The notes under the pieces: model-generated
Databases searched by the model: none
What the model was told of the DNA's origin: nothing
The model's input: the letters and a program-made list of their open reading frames with translations, nothing else
From: Oculina patagonica
Taxonomy: Eukaryota
NCBI RefSeq assembly: GCF_052425735.1
Contig: NC_135763.1
Span: 3,348,001-3,412,000, forward strand
DNA: 64,000 bases
Reading direction: 5' to 3'
Part shown: positions 1 through 12,947 of the stretch, piece by piece
How positions within the stretch are numbered: position 1 is the stretch's first letter
Layout: each line of letters opens with the position of its first letter
Translations under genes and position numbers: made by a program

Positions 1-2
1 AA

Positions 3-1920
3 AACGATTTACAGAGCGCGAATGAACGGTATGAAAAGGCGTCTCGATCAAACACACGAGCTAAAGTCTTTGAGGAGGAACTGCAAAGAGCACGTGAAGC
101 GAATGATGAAAGAGTTCAACAACTTCAGACTGAAATTGAAGTTCTTCAGGACGCTTTATCTAAAGCGACAGCGCAAGACACTTCAGGCGGAAAACCCAGC
201 CGTAGGAGGCGACTTGATCTAGAAAAACGACCTAGTGACGATTTAAGTAGCGTGATTCAACCTCTCAAGGATAATCTAGAAAAGAAGGAGTTAGAATTGG
301 AGGATTTGAGGCAGACATGCAATCGATTGCAGCGTGAGAGAGAGCAGATGCTTGCTTTGGAGGGGCACAGAGTGGATCGGCACACCAGCCCCAAACCAGA
401 CATGCGAGTGGAAGAATTAACACAAGAAAATAAGCGCCTTAAAGAGCAGGTCTCTCAGCTGTCACTCGATATGGATCAACAGCGGGTTCGGTTCCAGGCT
501 TCTCTAGCGGAGACCGAACGAAGTGCCCGGCTCTCTCGGGAGGAGGCAGCTGACCAGTTGGCAAGTGTACAGGCTCAACACAAACGCGACGTGGAACAGT
601 TAAAGGCTGGATTTGCTGCTGAGCACGGATCTTCTAAAGTAGCAGAGCTTAAGAGCCAGCTAGCGGGACAGGAGATAGTTATTCAGAGACTTAAGGCTAA
701 GATGGCCGATGTTACTGTTAATGCAGAGGCTATAGCGGCAACTAAGGTAAGGACAAGTGTTTTAGTTGAAGAACCTTCTAGCGCCAGTTTTTTACTCTTT
801 AGAGCGGTTTTCACTTGAGTGTCGAAAGTACTTTGCGTTTGCTTTGGTTTTGCGTTCACTACGCTTGGTGATTGGTTTAAAAATTTCGCGCCACTTTCTC
901 GGCCAATCAGGAGTAAAACCAAAACCAATCGCGACTCGCTCGCGTACGTTTTCCCGCGCTTCGTGCCAACTACATGTATTTGCTTCGAGTTTTGATTGGT
1001 TCCCTAGATTGTCTGTGTCGTTTGTGATTGGTTAGAGTAATTACTTTGGTTTTGGTTTTGGTTTTGGTTTTACGACACTCAAGTGAAAACTGCTCTAAGC
1101 CCCAAAGCTATTCCTAATGATGAAATTAGAATTCGGAGCAAAACTAGTGACCGTAACTGACGTCTGAAGCAGCTGAGGCCAGAATATCGCTTTGTAGGAT
1201 TTTTATTTTTGATGAATCCATTCAATTTCCGGTCATAAGAATCGTTTTACACAGTGGAATCCCCGCTAACTGAGACCTCCCCCAGGAGGACATTCCGTCA
1301 CTGGAGAACACTCCTTAAAACTCTTTCTGGTTCAAACGGTGTCCGCTTGTTATTGGTTTTCGCGGAAATTTTTTGAAATCCTGTTGAAACCCTAATTTTC
1401 CAGGCTTTTTTGCAATTTCTTTAAAAAGAAACACAGAACTGAGAAAAAAATTTTTTACTTCAAAATATATCTTGCTTGTTATAAAATCGTTAATGTAGAT
1501 AAATGTGTTTAAACTATTTTTGGAATTGCTTATTCCAAATCGTTTCCTACTTTATGTTAGGTTCGTGAGGAGTCTCTCCAGCAGCAAGTGAATCAACTTC
1601 AGGCGGATCTAAGACGCGCTAAACAGATATTCACACCAGAAATGAACCACTTCGACTCACTGGAGACTAAAATAACTGCTCTTGAACAAAGACACTCTCA
1701 GAGAGAAGTAGACTTACAAAGGATTATAGAAAAAACGCATCTCACTGCAAAGATTGAGAAAGACGAAACAGAAGCAAGATGGCGGCAAGTCGTTCGACAG
1801 AAAAATCGAGAGATTGATAAATTTCGATGTGAACTGGACGCTATACTTGAGGTGCTAAGTGAACTGAAACGCCAGGGTGTGGTCATACCCTTGCAGAATG
1901 GAGGGGGGTTTGTGCCGTAA
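3..1920 (+). CDS. CEP162: Centrosomal protein of 162 kDa, last two coding exons (5' part outside window)
   Basis: Exons <3-746 (open coiled-coil frame, donor AAG|GTAAGG) and 1561-1920 (acceptor TTAG|, phase 0, TAA). C-terminus FTPEMNHFDSLETKI...WRQVVRQKNREIDKFRCELDAILEVLSELKRQGVVIP resembles the CEP162 C-terminus as recalled. Confidence 0.88.
800..1097. mobile_element. MITE in CEP162 intron
   Basis: TIRs TAGAGCGGTTTTCACTTGAGTGTCG ... CGACACTCAAGTGAAAACTGCTCTA; TA at both ends. Confidence 0.85.
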
Positions 1921-2225
1921 GAAATTCCTCTTTGATTGAAAAATGTCTGCACCCTTTCTTGGTCAAAACGTAAACCAGATTCAAATCTCAAGTCACCTAA
2001 TATGATCCAGTGGGTGACCACCACCTAAACAAAAGCTATTGAACAAACATAAGGTTTTGTTTACTATGCCGTGCAATGTGACTTCATCATCTAAGTCTGT
2101 GGATGAAACCCGAGTTAAGTATAAGTATCGAGCCATTCCTATGACACTAACAAACCATTCCTGTCGTGTACTCTATTTATGGTTCATTATATCGTTATTT
2201 ATTGATATAAAAAAAAATATGCATG

Positions 2226-2480
2226 TAATTGACCACTCCCCGAATGGGGCTTTTCAGGGTCAATGTAAACTAACTCTGAAACAAATATTGTAAATGATCG
2301 AAACATGATTAAGAATCCCAACTGGCAGGAGGCAGACCAGCTGGCTATTTACAAGCGTAGCCGAGGAGTTGAATTCGGGGCTACCGAAAACAACACCAGC
2401 TAGTGGTCAGAACGGGACTTGAACCCGCGACCTCCGGATTTCAAGTCCGGCGCTCTAACCACTCGGCCACGCTGCCTCCC
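2226..2480 (-). mobile_element. tRNA-derived SINE
   Basis: Minus strand starts GGAGGCAGCGTGGCCGAGTGGTTAGAGCG...GGGTTCAAGTCCC (A and B boxes), then core GTAAATAGCCAGCTGGTCTGCCTCCTGCCAGTTGGGATTC and a stem-loop tail. The same core recurs at about 56400-56435. Confidence 0.85.
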
Positions 2481-2659
2481 TTAAATATATAGATATCAGT
2501 TCAGAGTCACTCACTACCATTCGTGTTTCACGGTGTAGAATTTTTGAAGAAATATTTCGAACACGAGAAAGGTGGTTAGCTTAAGTTTGTTTACAGATCG
2601 AACATCAAGAAGAGGGTTGTGTCTAGTTTGAGAATCATCCAACAGTGGCAGCCGACTGG

Positions 2660-2781
2660 CAACCTCGTTCCCAGGGTCTACTTCGCTTTTAAGATGGCGG
2701 CTGGACGCGGAGTGCCAGAGTCTTCTCACGACGAGTCGCCATTTTGAAAACTCGTCTTTGAGAAGACCCTGGGGACGAGGT
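2660..2781. mobile_element. Short MITE, AACCTCGTTCCCAGGGTC family
   Basis: ACCTCGTTCCCAGGGTCT ... AGACCCTGGGGACGAGGT; related ends at about 6900, 7260, 23745 and 28250. Confidence 0.7.
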
Positions 2782-3570
2782 AGCAGCAGTGGAACACCAA
2801 GAAGGGGACATTTAAAAAAGCGATTCCAAAGGTATCGCTTACAGAGTTAAGCGCTGTTGCCTTCAACCTCTCATGAGACAATTTTTCGAATAAATAAAAA
2901 AATAAAATAAATAAATCACTATATTTAAGTGTTAATGCATTTTACACTGAAAATAATTAAACAAATATGAACCCGGGATCAGCGCCCTTACCACTAGGCC
3001 ACGCTGTCCTCGAAGCATGATCGTCGGCACGTGCCAATTTCCATATATAACTCGAGGCGCAGGAAAATAAAGCAAAAGAAATCAAATCGACGTTTATAAG
3101 AGACGAATCAATTATTATTTTTTCCCTTAGCCTCGAAGCCAAGTTGGAATTTTGATTTATCGAAATTAGCCTATTGTCCTTCGCTCACGAGATGACGAAC
3201 CATCAGCGTTAAAGCTATATCTGTCTTGTCTCTTAATGTGAAGTCTAGCAACGTCGGTTTTATAAAACCATTGCGAGAGATCAAATATTACAAATCAAAA
3301 TGGGTTTAGCTGCAACTTGACAGAGTGCCTTATTGCTTCCGCAATAAAGTGAAAGCTTCATACGGCTTAGAGTTAGTGAAAACAAGCTTCGTGCGCTAGG
3401 ATTTCTGGGATGGTTAGATAGGCGGTTTGTTCTGGGCGAAATTTTCTTCCAGAACAAAATGCCAAAGCCAGTGAAATGTGTTTTTTGGCTGCGTTTACAA
3501 CGCTGCAACGTACCTGACCCACGTTATTGGATTCCAAACAATGAAGATCTCAAAGCCTGAATGATAACAG

Positions 3571-3974
3571 TGTGTCTTGTGCCGAATTTGAAGCCATTCC
3601 GACGCCATTTAGCGAAGTTATTCGAAGTCGTTGTCTCCCCTTCTAAAAAGAAGGAAAGGCAGACCACTCCATCGATCGCTGGCCAGAGCTCACTCCACAA
3701 ATCGCTCTCTCCTCAAAAGGAAAAGTCCCGAATCGCAATAAAACCAACAGTTCCATAAAGCCCAATAAATTTCACTCCACGTACGTGTGCTTCGGCGGTC
3801 GAAAGTCTCGTAAAGAACGAGAAATTTTGCTTTAAATTCGCCTATTCGGCTTTCCAGATGTGTTTGTGATCGATGGAGTGGTCTGCCTTTCCTTCTTTTT
3901 AGAAGGGGAGACAACGACTTCGAATAACTTCGCTAAATGGCGTCGGAATGGCTTCGAATTCGGCACAAGACACA
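3571..3974. repeat. Near-perfect inverted repeat, 107-bp arms
   Basis: 3571-3677 is the reverse complement of 3868-3974 with one mismatch; 190-bp spacer. Confidence 0.95.
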
Positions 3975-4573
3975 AGTAAGCGATACATTTGAGGTAGGTA
4001 AACTTTATTTCAAAATAGATAGTTATTTACCCGATTTTAGAGAATCCGTGATTTTCCCATACATTTCTCTATATACACAAGCTGTCGCATACACCACGTA
4101 TGTAGAGTCGGCCGCCCGAAGAGCTCTCAAAAACACATCAAATAGACGACTTTTGAGCTTGGGAAGCCTGTGGTTACTGTAGCAGTCAACAACTTCAAGT
4201 TTCGAATCGAGTAATTCGAGATACAAGGCGAAAAAACAAAGAACTTGTCAATCAATTTATTATTTACAAGACTGTTGGAAGAACAAAGTGTACTATTACT
4301 TGTCTTATGTACTACGCTTCAAGAAACAAACGTTACCATTGCCGCTTGGGATGTCACGCAATGTGAAGGAGCGTGGTGTGACCTTTTGTCACGTCGTTCA
4401 CGACAAATGCCTTTTTTCATGCAAATAAAAACCTAGAATCCTACAAGAACAGCAGTTATTAGACCAAAAACCTTTCCTTACCGCTAGCAAGATAGGATAC
4501 TATTTTCATTAAAAAAAGAAATGTTGCGTGGAGCACGTGAACTGTCTCGCATCGCTTGTTTACACAACCCTTA

Positions 4574-5323
4574 GGGTGCGTTTCTTTGGGAAAATCCAAA
4601 ATTGGATCATTGATCTCAGATCACACGGATACTTTGCTCCCAAAGAAACGAAGAATCCGAAAACGGATTTTTTTGCCATGACAACCCCGTAAACACATTT
4701 CGCACAGAACATAAAATATCAGCACAAATTTATTTTCCGTCGAATGTATCCTAGCTAAAATAATTTAAGCATACAAAATCTTTTACAAAAACCACCCGTC
4801 GAAGTAGATCTTCTTTAGCGTTAAGCACAATGTGGCGAGAAAGCATCTGAGAGCGAAAATGATTGCGAAATGATCAGTGCAAATTTCACTCGTGACAATT
4901 TCAAAAGGATACAACTTCCGTAGGCACACAGTGGCTGTTCTAAAAAACCTGTATCCCGTTTAAAATGATACTACATACCTATCTGAAGCTACCGTTTCCT
5001 TTTATCGTGAAATATTTTTGTATTTTGATCGAAATAACCACCTAAAACTTTCCGTATGACAGTGTTTACAAAGAGCGAACCTGTATTTTCACAGCAAAGA
5101 CCGCTGGGCCAAGGTACTTTTTTCGAATCCTTTCCCAAAGAAACGCACGGATCATGAATCCTAAAAATCCGGATTCAAATATAATCTGATGTATCCACTC
5201 GAAGTGTGGATTCTTCAGATCATTGATCCAAGATTAATCCATTTTCGGATATAGGTAAAGAAACGCAAAATCCGTTTTTGGATCAAGAATCCGGATTTGG
5301 ATTTTTCCCAAAGAAACGCACCC
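4574..5323. mobile_element. PIF/Harbinger-type non-autonomous element
   Basis: TIRs GGGTGCGTTTCTTTGGGAAAA ... TTTTCCCAAAGAAACGCACCC; TTA target duplication on both sides. Confidence 0.85.
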
Positions 5324-6551
5324 TTACTTTTTGTGTAAAGCTTGTGTACACAACTCATCGAAAAACTTATTTTCTTTCAATGAGTTCTTTTTTAACCTTT
5401 TTGGAATAAGAACTTTTCAATAAGCTTTTACAAATAATTTCTTAGTAGCTTGCGTAGAAAGGCGGAGAAATATATTTTTCTGTTTACGAAATATTCACTT
5501 GAAGTCGGTGTTTTGAGAGGCGGCGAAGGACGTTATTTGAACCGACAATTAAATTATTTTGTCGCACGGTTTGGATATATGCATATTCTACGGTTCGATG
5601 TTATTTTTATTCTTTTCATGACAATGTTTTAGTTCAGTTCTGAATTCGACTTCGGTCTTTTGTTAAATATACTACTTGAGAGAAATGGAGCTGGTGAATT
5701 ATATCCCGGAGTCCAAGACAAGTAAAACAACATGATCAGCGAACTTGTTTTGATACAACTCGTTGTGCATTCATTGTGTTTGGCAAAGCTGAAATAAATA
5801 AATAACCAGACATTTGATTCGTTTTAATATGCGAATCAAAAATGCTCAAGCCGCACAGAAAAACAAAAACTGTGGAAAGTGAGTCAAAAGTGTGAAAAAC
5901 AAGAAACGTGACCTATGACCGCAGTTGTTCAGCTCATTAGATATGAAGATTTCAGCCGTCGTGATTGTTATTTCACTTTTCATCTACGCCACCGCTGCCT
6001 TTGAAGTTGTTCCTTGATGTATATTTTCCAGCCACCACACGTTCTTCGAAAGCTGTGTCAAAAAGACTTCTAGATTCAAGAATAAAGTGCGACTTACTCG
6101 ATACTGATCGAACTTCTGGGTTTACTGCCTTGGCTGCCCATCTCACCGAAACTTCGGATCCTCCGATCACTGTCGAAAACTTCCGAAAGCACTAACCCGA
6201 GTTATCACGGAAAGTGACCCCCCAATCGGAAAAAACTGCATGACAACAATGTGTAGACTTTAAAGTCCACACAAAAATGACAAGTTTTCTGGATCTTTTA
6301 TCAATGACGCCATTTTGTACTTGACCGCACCAACCAGAAGCGCTCAGTCACCTAACCGAGGCTTTGAAGTGACTCACCTCAGAAACAAATCATGTGACAA
6401 ATGTTTTGCTTAAAACTTTTAATTATCGAGCTCAATTTTAACATCAGTCCCCAGCCAAAGAAACAAAACACTGGATCGTTGGGACTTTTTCGGCATCGTG
6501 AAAGAAAAACACACGATACAAATAAGACAGTTTTTAGAAGGTCGCGGGAAT

Positions 6552-8389
6552 TTACCATCCCTGACGAGTTTTTCGTTTGTGTTTTTTCTTTGGCTTCGGC
6601 TTCCAAATTGGTTTATCACTGTCATCTTCAGCGACTGATGTCTGAGCAGATGGTTGCATTTCATCTCGTTGTGTAACTCGTCTAGTTCTGCGGACTATCA
6701 AGGGTTTCCTGTTAAACCGGAAAATAATTACTATAAAGATTATAAAGCGACATATAAAGTACTGTTAAGCAAAATTTCTTGATAGCAGTACACGTGGTGG
6801 TGATGGTGGTGGTGGTGGTGGGGGGGGGGACGGGGAGGTTGCCCCACTGTTCTTTCAAGATGGTGGCTGAGGCCCAGCCGCTATATTGAAAGCGAAGAAG
6901 ACCCTGGGGACGAGGATAAAGCTGTTAAGGCTGATTCCGCCTAAAGGAGGGCATGGTATTTTTGGTTAGCTTCCTTTACTATTTATTTACTATAAAGGCA
7001 GCCGCACCGCGCTATGGAAAAACATAATGCGAACTGACGTGTGAAGGACCCAACGGATTGACGGAAGCCGATCCGGATAAAGTCGTCCGGCATTGCACAA
7101 CAAGTCAGCTAACGCAAGGAGTCGGGGGGCGGGGAGGGAAGGGGGAGAGGGGAAGAGGACTCCCATATGAAAGGGATAGAGCTGTTCGTCGGAAAATTCG
7201 AAATAGACCCCTGCGAGTGGCTCAAGGAAAACTTGAGCTGAACCAGTGTTTACAGCTTGAACCTCGTTCCCAGGGTCTTCTCGGCCGCAGCCGCCCCCTC
7301 CCTCCCCCTAAAAAATGGTCCGTCCCTAAAATAAGAAAACGTTTAAAACGACTCTGGTTTAAAATAAGATTTAGATGTTAGGCGTAAGCGGCCGCCGCCG
7401 TGAGAGAGTCTTGAATAAGCTCCCGCAATTCCTGCTCACCTTCTTCGTCGTAAGTAAGCCACACCATGGCGATACAAGCGGTAAATTGAACGAGTGAAAG
7501 CATGGACAGCCAAGGCAAAGATAAACAGGTGAAACAGGTCCAACCAGGTCCAATTCTGCACTCGGTACTTCAGGTTTGTCAGTTGATCTAACAAAATATA
7601 AACGGACAAAGAAACAGGCAAGCATGAAATTAGACTACTGGTAGTCTGCCTTTTCTTTAAGGTCTCTTAGGGTCGGAGCGCGCGGTTATATCAGAAACGA
7701 CATCAGGAACGCGAGCAAACTGGTTGAACTGGCGGGTGGATGAGAAGGGGTTTGGGGCGAGACGAGTTTTTCCTCCATCGCGCGCGCACACTTGTCTCGC
7801 CCCAATCCTTCCTCGCGCGTCTTAAACCCTCCCTAGCCTCGCACTCCCTTACTAAACTTCGAGATAAAAACAGACTGCAAGCAGTGCAAGCATTCTAGCA
7901 TGAAATTATCAGGAAATACAGTGGCGTTTTCTATTTAACGGTTCCCGGTTGCTCAAAGCACGATTAAACTAATATAGGATTAGCATGAATTTTGATTTCA
8001 GTTATAACTTTTCAGTAGTGATTGTCTTTTAGTTTTTATTTTAGCAAAATGTTTAAATTGCACTTAACATTTCTAGTAAAAATTACTTTTATTACACTGT
8101 GGAAAAATTAAAACCTCGGTTAACTTTTTATCCCGGCTTAGCCTTAATTAATCGAGTTTCCGAGTTTCGAACAACTTCGTCATGTACAATATGCCTTGCA
8201 AACTGGTTCGCAAAATGATTGAGGCAGACAGACAGACAGACAGACAGTGTCTTTTAGGTATTTAAATATATATTCTAATTCCAAACTCATCTCTGCGCAC
8301 TATTGTTAGGTTTAAGTTTTAAATATAATTTACACAGTTCACTTACTTTCCATAAATTTGTAATAACCGTTGAAGGTTAATCCTGACAT
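6552..8389 (-). CDS. Predicted 115-aa single-pass membrane protein, 3 coding exons, no family recognised
   Basis: Exons 8389-8347, 7587-7440 and 6708-6552 have GT-AG sites (GTAAGT, GTGAGC donors) and matching phases (1, 2). They give MSGLTFNGYYKFMENQLTNLKYRVQNWTWLDLFHLFIFALAVHAFTRSIYRLYRHGVAYLRRRRKPLIVRRTRRVTQRDEMQPSAQTSVAEDDSDKPIWKPKPKKKHKRKTRQGW*. Confidence 0.7.
7631..7897. mobile_element. Academ-like MITE (TAG...CTA ends, 9-bp TSD)
   Basis: Flanked by GCATGAAAT on both sides; subterminal AGTCTG / CAGACT inverted repeats. Confidence 0.7.
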
Positions 8390-9827
8390 TATGAAACTAC
8401 CATTCGAATATGAAAGAACAAGCTCACTGTACTCTCTTTAATTCCAACTTTAAATCCTGAAGTTTCATCTCCCAGACAGATCGAGCCTATCATTTAAAAT
8501 GAAAAACAAATCTAATAAGTAAAAAACTCGCAACAGACTTTCAACCTACATAGCCCACACGATATGGGACTTCGTACGTACCTGTCCACAGATTCGCGTG
8601 GTAAGATCCGCAAACCGTTCACTTCATTCAACGTATTGAGGAAGGCTTGAATTAGAAGCTGTCAGCACAATACACCAAAGGTAATTATCCTCCTCTTCAA
8701 ACAAACTTTGACGTTACAATGGCTTTTTAACCATGAGCTCGCGCTGTGACGTTCTCGCCGACGCTTTGTTTTACGCGCGCGCGGGTTTGTTTTCCTTTTT
8801 TTCTGAACTCTCTGACAGTCCTCAGTTCGGGGAGTGCTGAGCTACAATGGGCAGCAAAAGTAGTTGAGACAGTTGGCTGAAATGAGTTCTAATTCCAATA
8901 AATTAATTATTTCCACTTCAAATCCGGTGTAATGAGGACTGCACACAATGGAATATCACTGAGCGTGTATAGCCACAACACGCGTCATCATTATAATTAA
9001 GAACGTTAAGGGAACACAAATTATTTATTATACATCGTATCATTGTCACATAACATATCATCTCGATAATGTGGTTTGTACGAATAAACCATAAATATAG
9101 CTTAAGCGATGGTTATTCCCTAATTTTAACTACGCTTTCCAAGTTTTTTTTAATGCGGTTACATTTATTGAAAAATGTTTCAGCCATTAAGGAATGGCTT
9201 TTTGCTGTTTAGTCAATAAAACGTTATTTTGTCCTTAACCCTGAACACGAATTAAATTACTGACAACGCTACTCTCTTTATATTATTATCATCGATTGCC
9301 TTTTTGTTGCGTTGCATCGCAAATTCTTATTTTATTTGATCCCGTGCAAAATGCCGATTATTCACAGCCGTTACACTCGTTTCGTAACCTGGAGATCGTG
9401 GCGGATTCTAGGAGGGCTTTCGTTTCAATTCGCACCGTACCGTAACTGAAGCGTCGTCCTCTGGGTTGGTATAAAAAACTCTCAGAGCCAAGTCAAGTTT
9501 CGATCTGTGTTATCTCGTGCTACACAGACAAAATCAGCGCTAAAAAAGGGCCTTTCTTTGCTTTCTTTTTTAATCAATTCATGTAGTTTGTATCACGAAC
9601 AGACAGAATCGAAGGGCTTATTTTTGCGTCGAAAGCCCGTTTGTAAAATTATACACATATTTTCACTAGCTATACGAGTCAGGCAAAACTACGGAAAAGC
9701 AAATATTACGAGCACTCTGGTTGAAAAGAAAAGTCAAATTATCTCAGGTACGTAACGTTTTTAATCTCGTGTGGACTTTCAAGTGAGTGCTTATTGATTT
9801 TTTATAAAAGTTTACCGAACCTTGACG

Positions 9828-10313
9828 GGCATGTACTAAAACCCGAAACAACGAAACGAAACCACCGAAACCGCCGAAACGAGCGAAACGAAACCGCCGA
9901 AACAACCGAAACGGTCGAAACGAGCGAAACGAAACAAAATTACCGAAACAAGCAGAACTTCAATATTTCGCCACCTACCGTACTATACACTCAGTTTAGG
10001 CTACTATACACTCCGGTTAGCCTACTATTCGCTCTGGTTAGCCTACTATACACTCCTGTTAGCCTACTACACACTCCAGTTTGCCTACTTTTCACTTAGG
10101 TTAGCCTACTATGCACTCCGGTTAGCCTGCTTACGGTTAGCTCTCAATTATTGTAATGGGTTTTGTTTGTTTTGGTGACTTAGTTTCGTTTCGCTTGTTT
10201 CGGCTGTTTCGGTTGTTTCGGCGGTTTTGTTTCGCTCGTTTCAGTGGTTTCGTTCGTTTTGGTCGTTTCGTTTTGGTGGTTTCGTTTCGTTGTTTCGGGT
10301 TTTAGTACATGCC
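9828..10313. mobile_element. Foldback/MULE-like MITE with internal minisatellite
   Basis: GGCATGTACTAAAACCCGAAAC ... GTTTCGGGTTTTAGTACATGCC; 9-bp TSD ACCTTGACG; arms built from CGAAAC units; central 21-bp tandem repeat GTTAGCCTACTATACACTCCG. Confidence 0.9.
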
Positions 10314-11749
10314 ACCTTGACGTGCTTTGGCTTCAATTTGAGTGAGTGGGCGGTTAGGCTTGTCGTTTTACCGCCGAGAAGGCTACGAATATTAATACAT
10401 AATAGCTTCGTATGTAGTGTGCAAAATATAGGCAAGCTGATAACAGTTATCACATTAAATTAGTATCCACTTTTGGTTATTCCGTTTCTCTTTGCAGCGT
10501 TGTTGAAATTAAAGCTCTTTAATTAAATGCTCTTTGTGACTAATAAAAAATCGTGCTTCATAAATTTGAAATGGCAAAGAATAGCACTTACATACAGCAA
10601 ACGTCTTGCAGCAATTTCGTTCTTATTTTCCATTTTCAATTTCTCAGTTTTCATTTTTCCCAGACGGGATAATTTAAAATACGAAAAACAAAAGAGTTTC
10701 TAAGAGCAAACTTCGTATTGAAGAATACATGAGCTTTGGACACAATGGAATATCGCTGAGTGCAAATAACTACTACCCGTTCATCATAGGTCGAAACACT
10801 GCTAAAAGATGGCTTAAAATGAAGATGGTTCTTAAACTAACACAAATCATCAGTAATTATCGCCTGATAACGTTGTTTAATGGATAAAAAGATAGACAAA
10901 CGATCAATTGTTCTTGCCAATTTCAACCACACACTGATTCGAAGTCTGCCATTGTTCACAACAAGTTGGAACCGCATCATGGCTCTTTGTGTTTAGTCAC
11001 AAAGGCATTTAATTTCGAATTCCATTTTCGATATTTCAGCAATCCTGAATTTAAGGTCTTATTATATCTTTTCAGTCGCCGGTTTCATACATGCTTTTTT
11101 TGCCGGAGTGTGCACGAGCTATCGGTAAAATATCGGTTAAAATCAATGCCATGATTAATTCTAAATTTTAAATTATATATCTACTCTACTACGAACTCTC
11201 AAAGCCAAGGCAGGTTTTGATTTATAAGAGTATTTGTTTCACGTAACCAATTAACGTACGTTTCGAAACAGTTTTACTGTTTGAGGAAAACAAGAAAATA
11301 ATTATGAATTGGCAGTTTTGAATATTCATGCAGATAGCTTTGTAGACAGGTACAATATCTCTGCCTAATTCTCGGACGCCTATAATTCTGGACACTTCAC
11401 TTTGACTTTTCTTTATTCTTCGCAAGCAATATTTTCATACCGTCCCGCTTTTTCTTTGTAACTTAAATTTAATCTAACCCATTGTGAACTAAAATATCGA
11501 TTTTTTTTTTCACGCAATAACAGACAGATCTGCTTGTCCTCCCCACTGAGAAGTTTCGTCGTCTTTGTTTAATTAAAAAAAAAACGGAACGAATTAACGT
11601 AAAGTTAAGAAATGTGGTAATGGTTGTCACACTTTACTGACTCTCTCTATAGCTTTAGTTTTCGCTAACATTTATCTGGGATGTAGTTATTTCTAGTTTT
11701 TCAACTCCACAATTTTTATTTAAAGACTGAATTCTCCCTTCCATACTAA

Positions 11750-12947
11750 AAGAGAAACGCCACTGGGCATACTCTGTTTCTAGGCAATTTTATTCTAGAG
11801 CAAGTAAGCTCTGCTCGGTTATCGCACGTGAGTGAGCACATTTGCATGTATTTTGTCGACTTTTAGCAATTTTAATGTGATTATTCCTCGTTGTTTCGAA
11901 TCTCAAACGTAAAGTTCGTTTTAAAAATGGTTGCTCCTGTACAATTTTACGTGTGGTTACATTTATCTGATAAGTAGTAGTTTCTAGTTTTTGAGCTCCA
12001 CTTAGCCTGCGTGGCCGGCGTTCAAAGGGGAAGGAGAAGGGGAGTTCGAGCGTGAGGTGCGAGGAGAGAGCGCGAAGCGCGATCGGACCTTCTCCCTCTT
12101 CCCCGATCGCGCTTCGCGCTCGAACTCCCCTTCTCCTTCCCCTTTGAACGCCGGCCACGCAGGCTAAGCTCCACTGTGTTTTTAATTTCTAAAGAGAATT
12201 TAATTTAAACACTGAATTCTCCCTTTTATAGAGAAACGCCGCTAGGCATGCATTTTTTAAAAGTACTTTTATTCTGGCGCTAGCGAGCTCCGCTCAGTGA
12301 TCGCACGATCAACTGATCAACTGTCGACTGCCCGGCTTTAGTTTTGTGTTTATTTCTCGTTGCTGCTGCTTTTCAGAATTTCTAGTATTTTGTGCATGTT
12401 TTTTCTTCCTTGTAATTTACGTTTAATCCTAGGTATCGTGAACTGAAATATCGAAATATTTTATGTAAATGTGCTTGGTTCCCCTACTGTTAAATTAAAT
12501 GAAAAACAAAATGAACGTAAAGTTGCGAAATCGGAAATGTGGAAATAGTTGTTAGTCATTAAACTCTTCCTGTGTATATAGTTTTTGATTTCGTTAACAT
12601 TTATCTGATAAGTATTTTTTTTTTGTCTTTCAGCTCCCCTGATTTTAATTCAAGAAAATATTAATTTAGAAAACTCTCGCCACTAGGCATGCGCTGTTCT
12701 TATGCAATATTCTGGCGCTATTAAGCTCTGCTCAATAAAAAAAAGAAACGCCGCTAAGCTTGTCCTGTGTCTATGCAATATTCTGCGCTAGCAAGCTCTG
12801 CTTAAAGATAGAGAAACGCCACTATATTCTAGCGATGAAAAGTTCTGCTCAATAAGAGAGAAACGCCGCTAAGTTGTGTTGTTTCTATCAATATTCTGCC
12901 ACTTGAAATCTCTGCTAATTAATAGAGAAACGCAGTAGTAATGTACT
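11750..12947. repeat. Degenerate tandem repeat of about 60 bp running into the assembly gap
   Basis: Unit AGAGAAACGCC(A/G)CTA...TATTCT...AGCTCTGCTC at about 11750 and 12230, then tandem from about 12675 to the gap. Confidence 0.75.
12003..12166. mobile_element. Academ-like palindromic MITE
   Basis: TAGCCTGCGTGGCCGGCGTTCAAAGGG ... CCCTTTGAACGCCGGCCACGCAGGCTA; perfect 9-bp TSD AGCTCCACT. Confidence 0.9.

Noticed and set aside
2404-2480. tRNA-Ser(TGA) gene
   Set aside because: No proper acceptor stem or long variable arm, and it continues into a SINE core.
5965-6315. Gene starting AAAATGGCGTC on the minus strand (similar at about 23882 and 28125)
   Set aside because: Early stops and frameshifts, next to transposon-type termini; probably decayed TE ORFs.
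8582-8660. Selenoprotein exon with in-frame TGA upstream of the small gene
   Set aside because: That frame ends at a second stop after splicing, does not join the main ORF, and no SECIS was recognised; better read as 5'UTR.
12675-12947. CRISPR-like repeat array
   Set aside because: The whole unit is repeated with degenerate, related 'spacers'; the context is eukaryotic and there are no cas genes.
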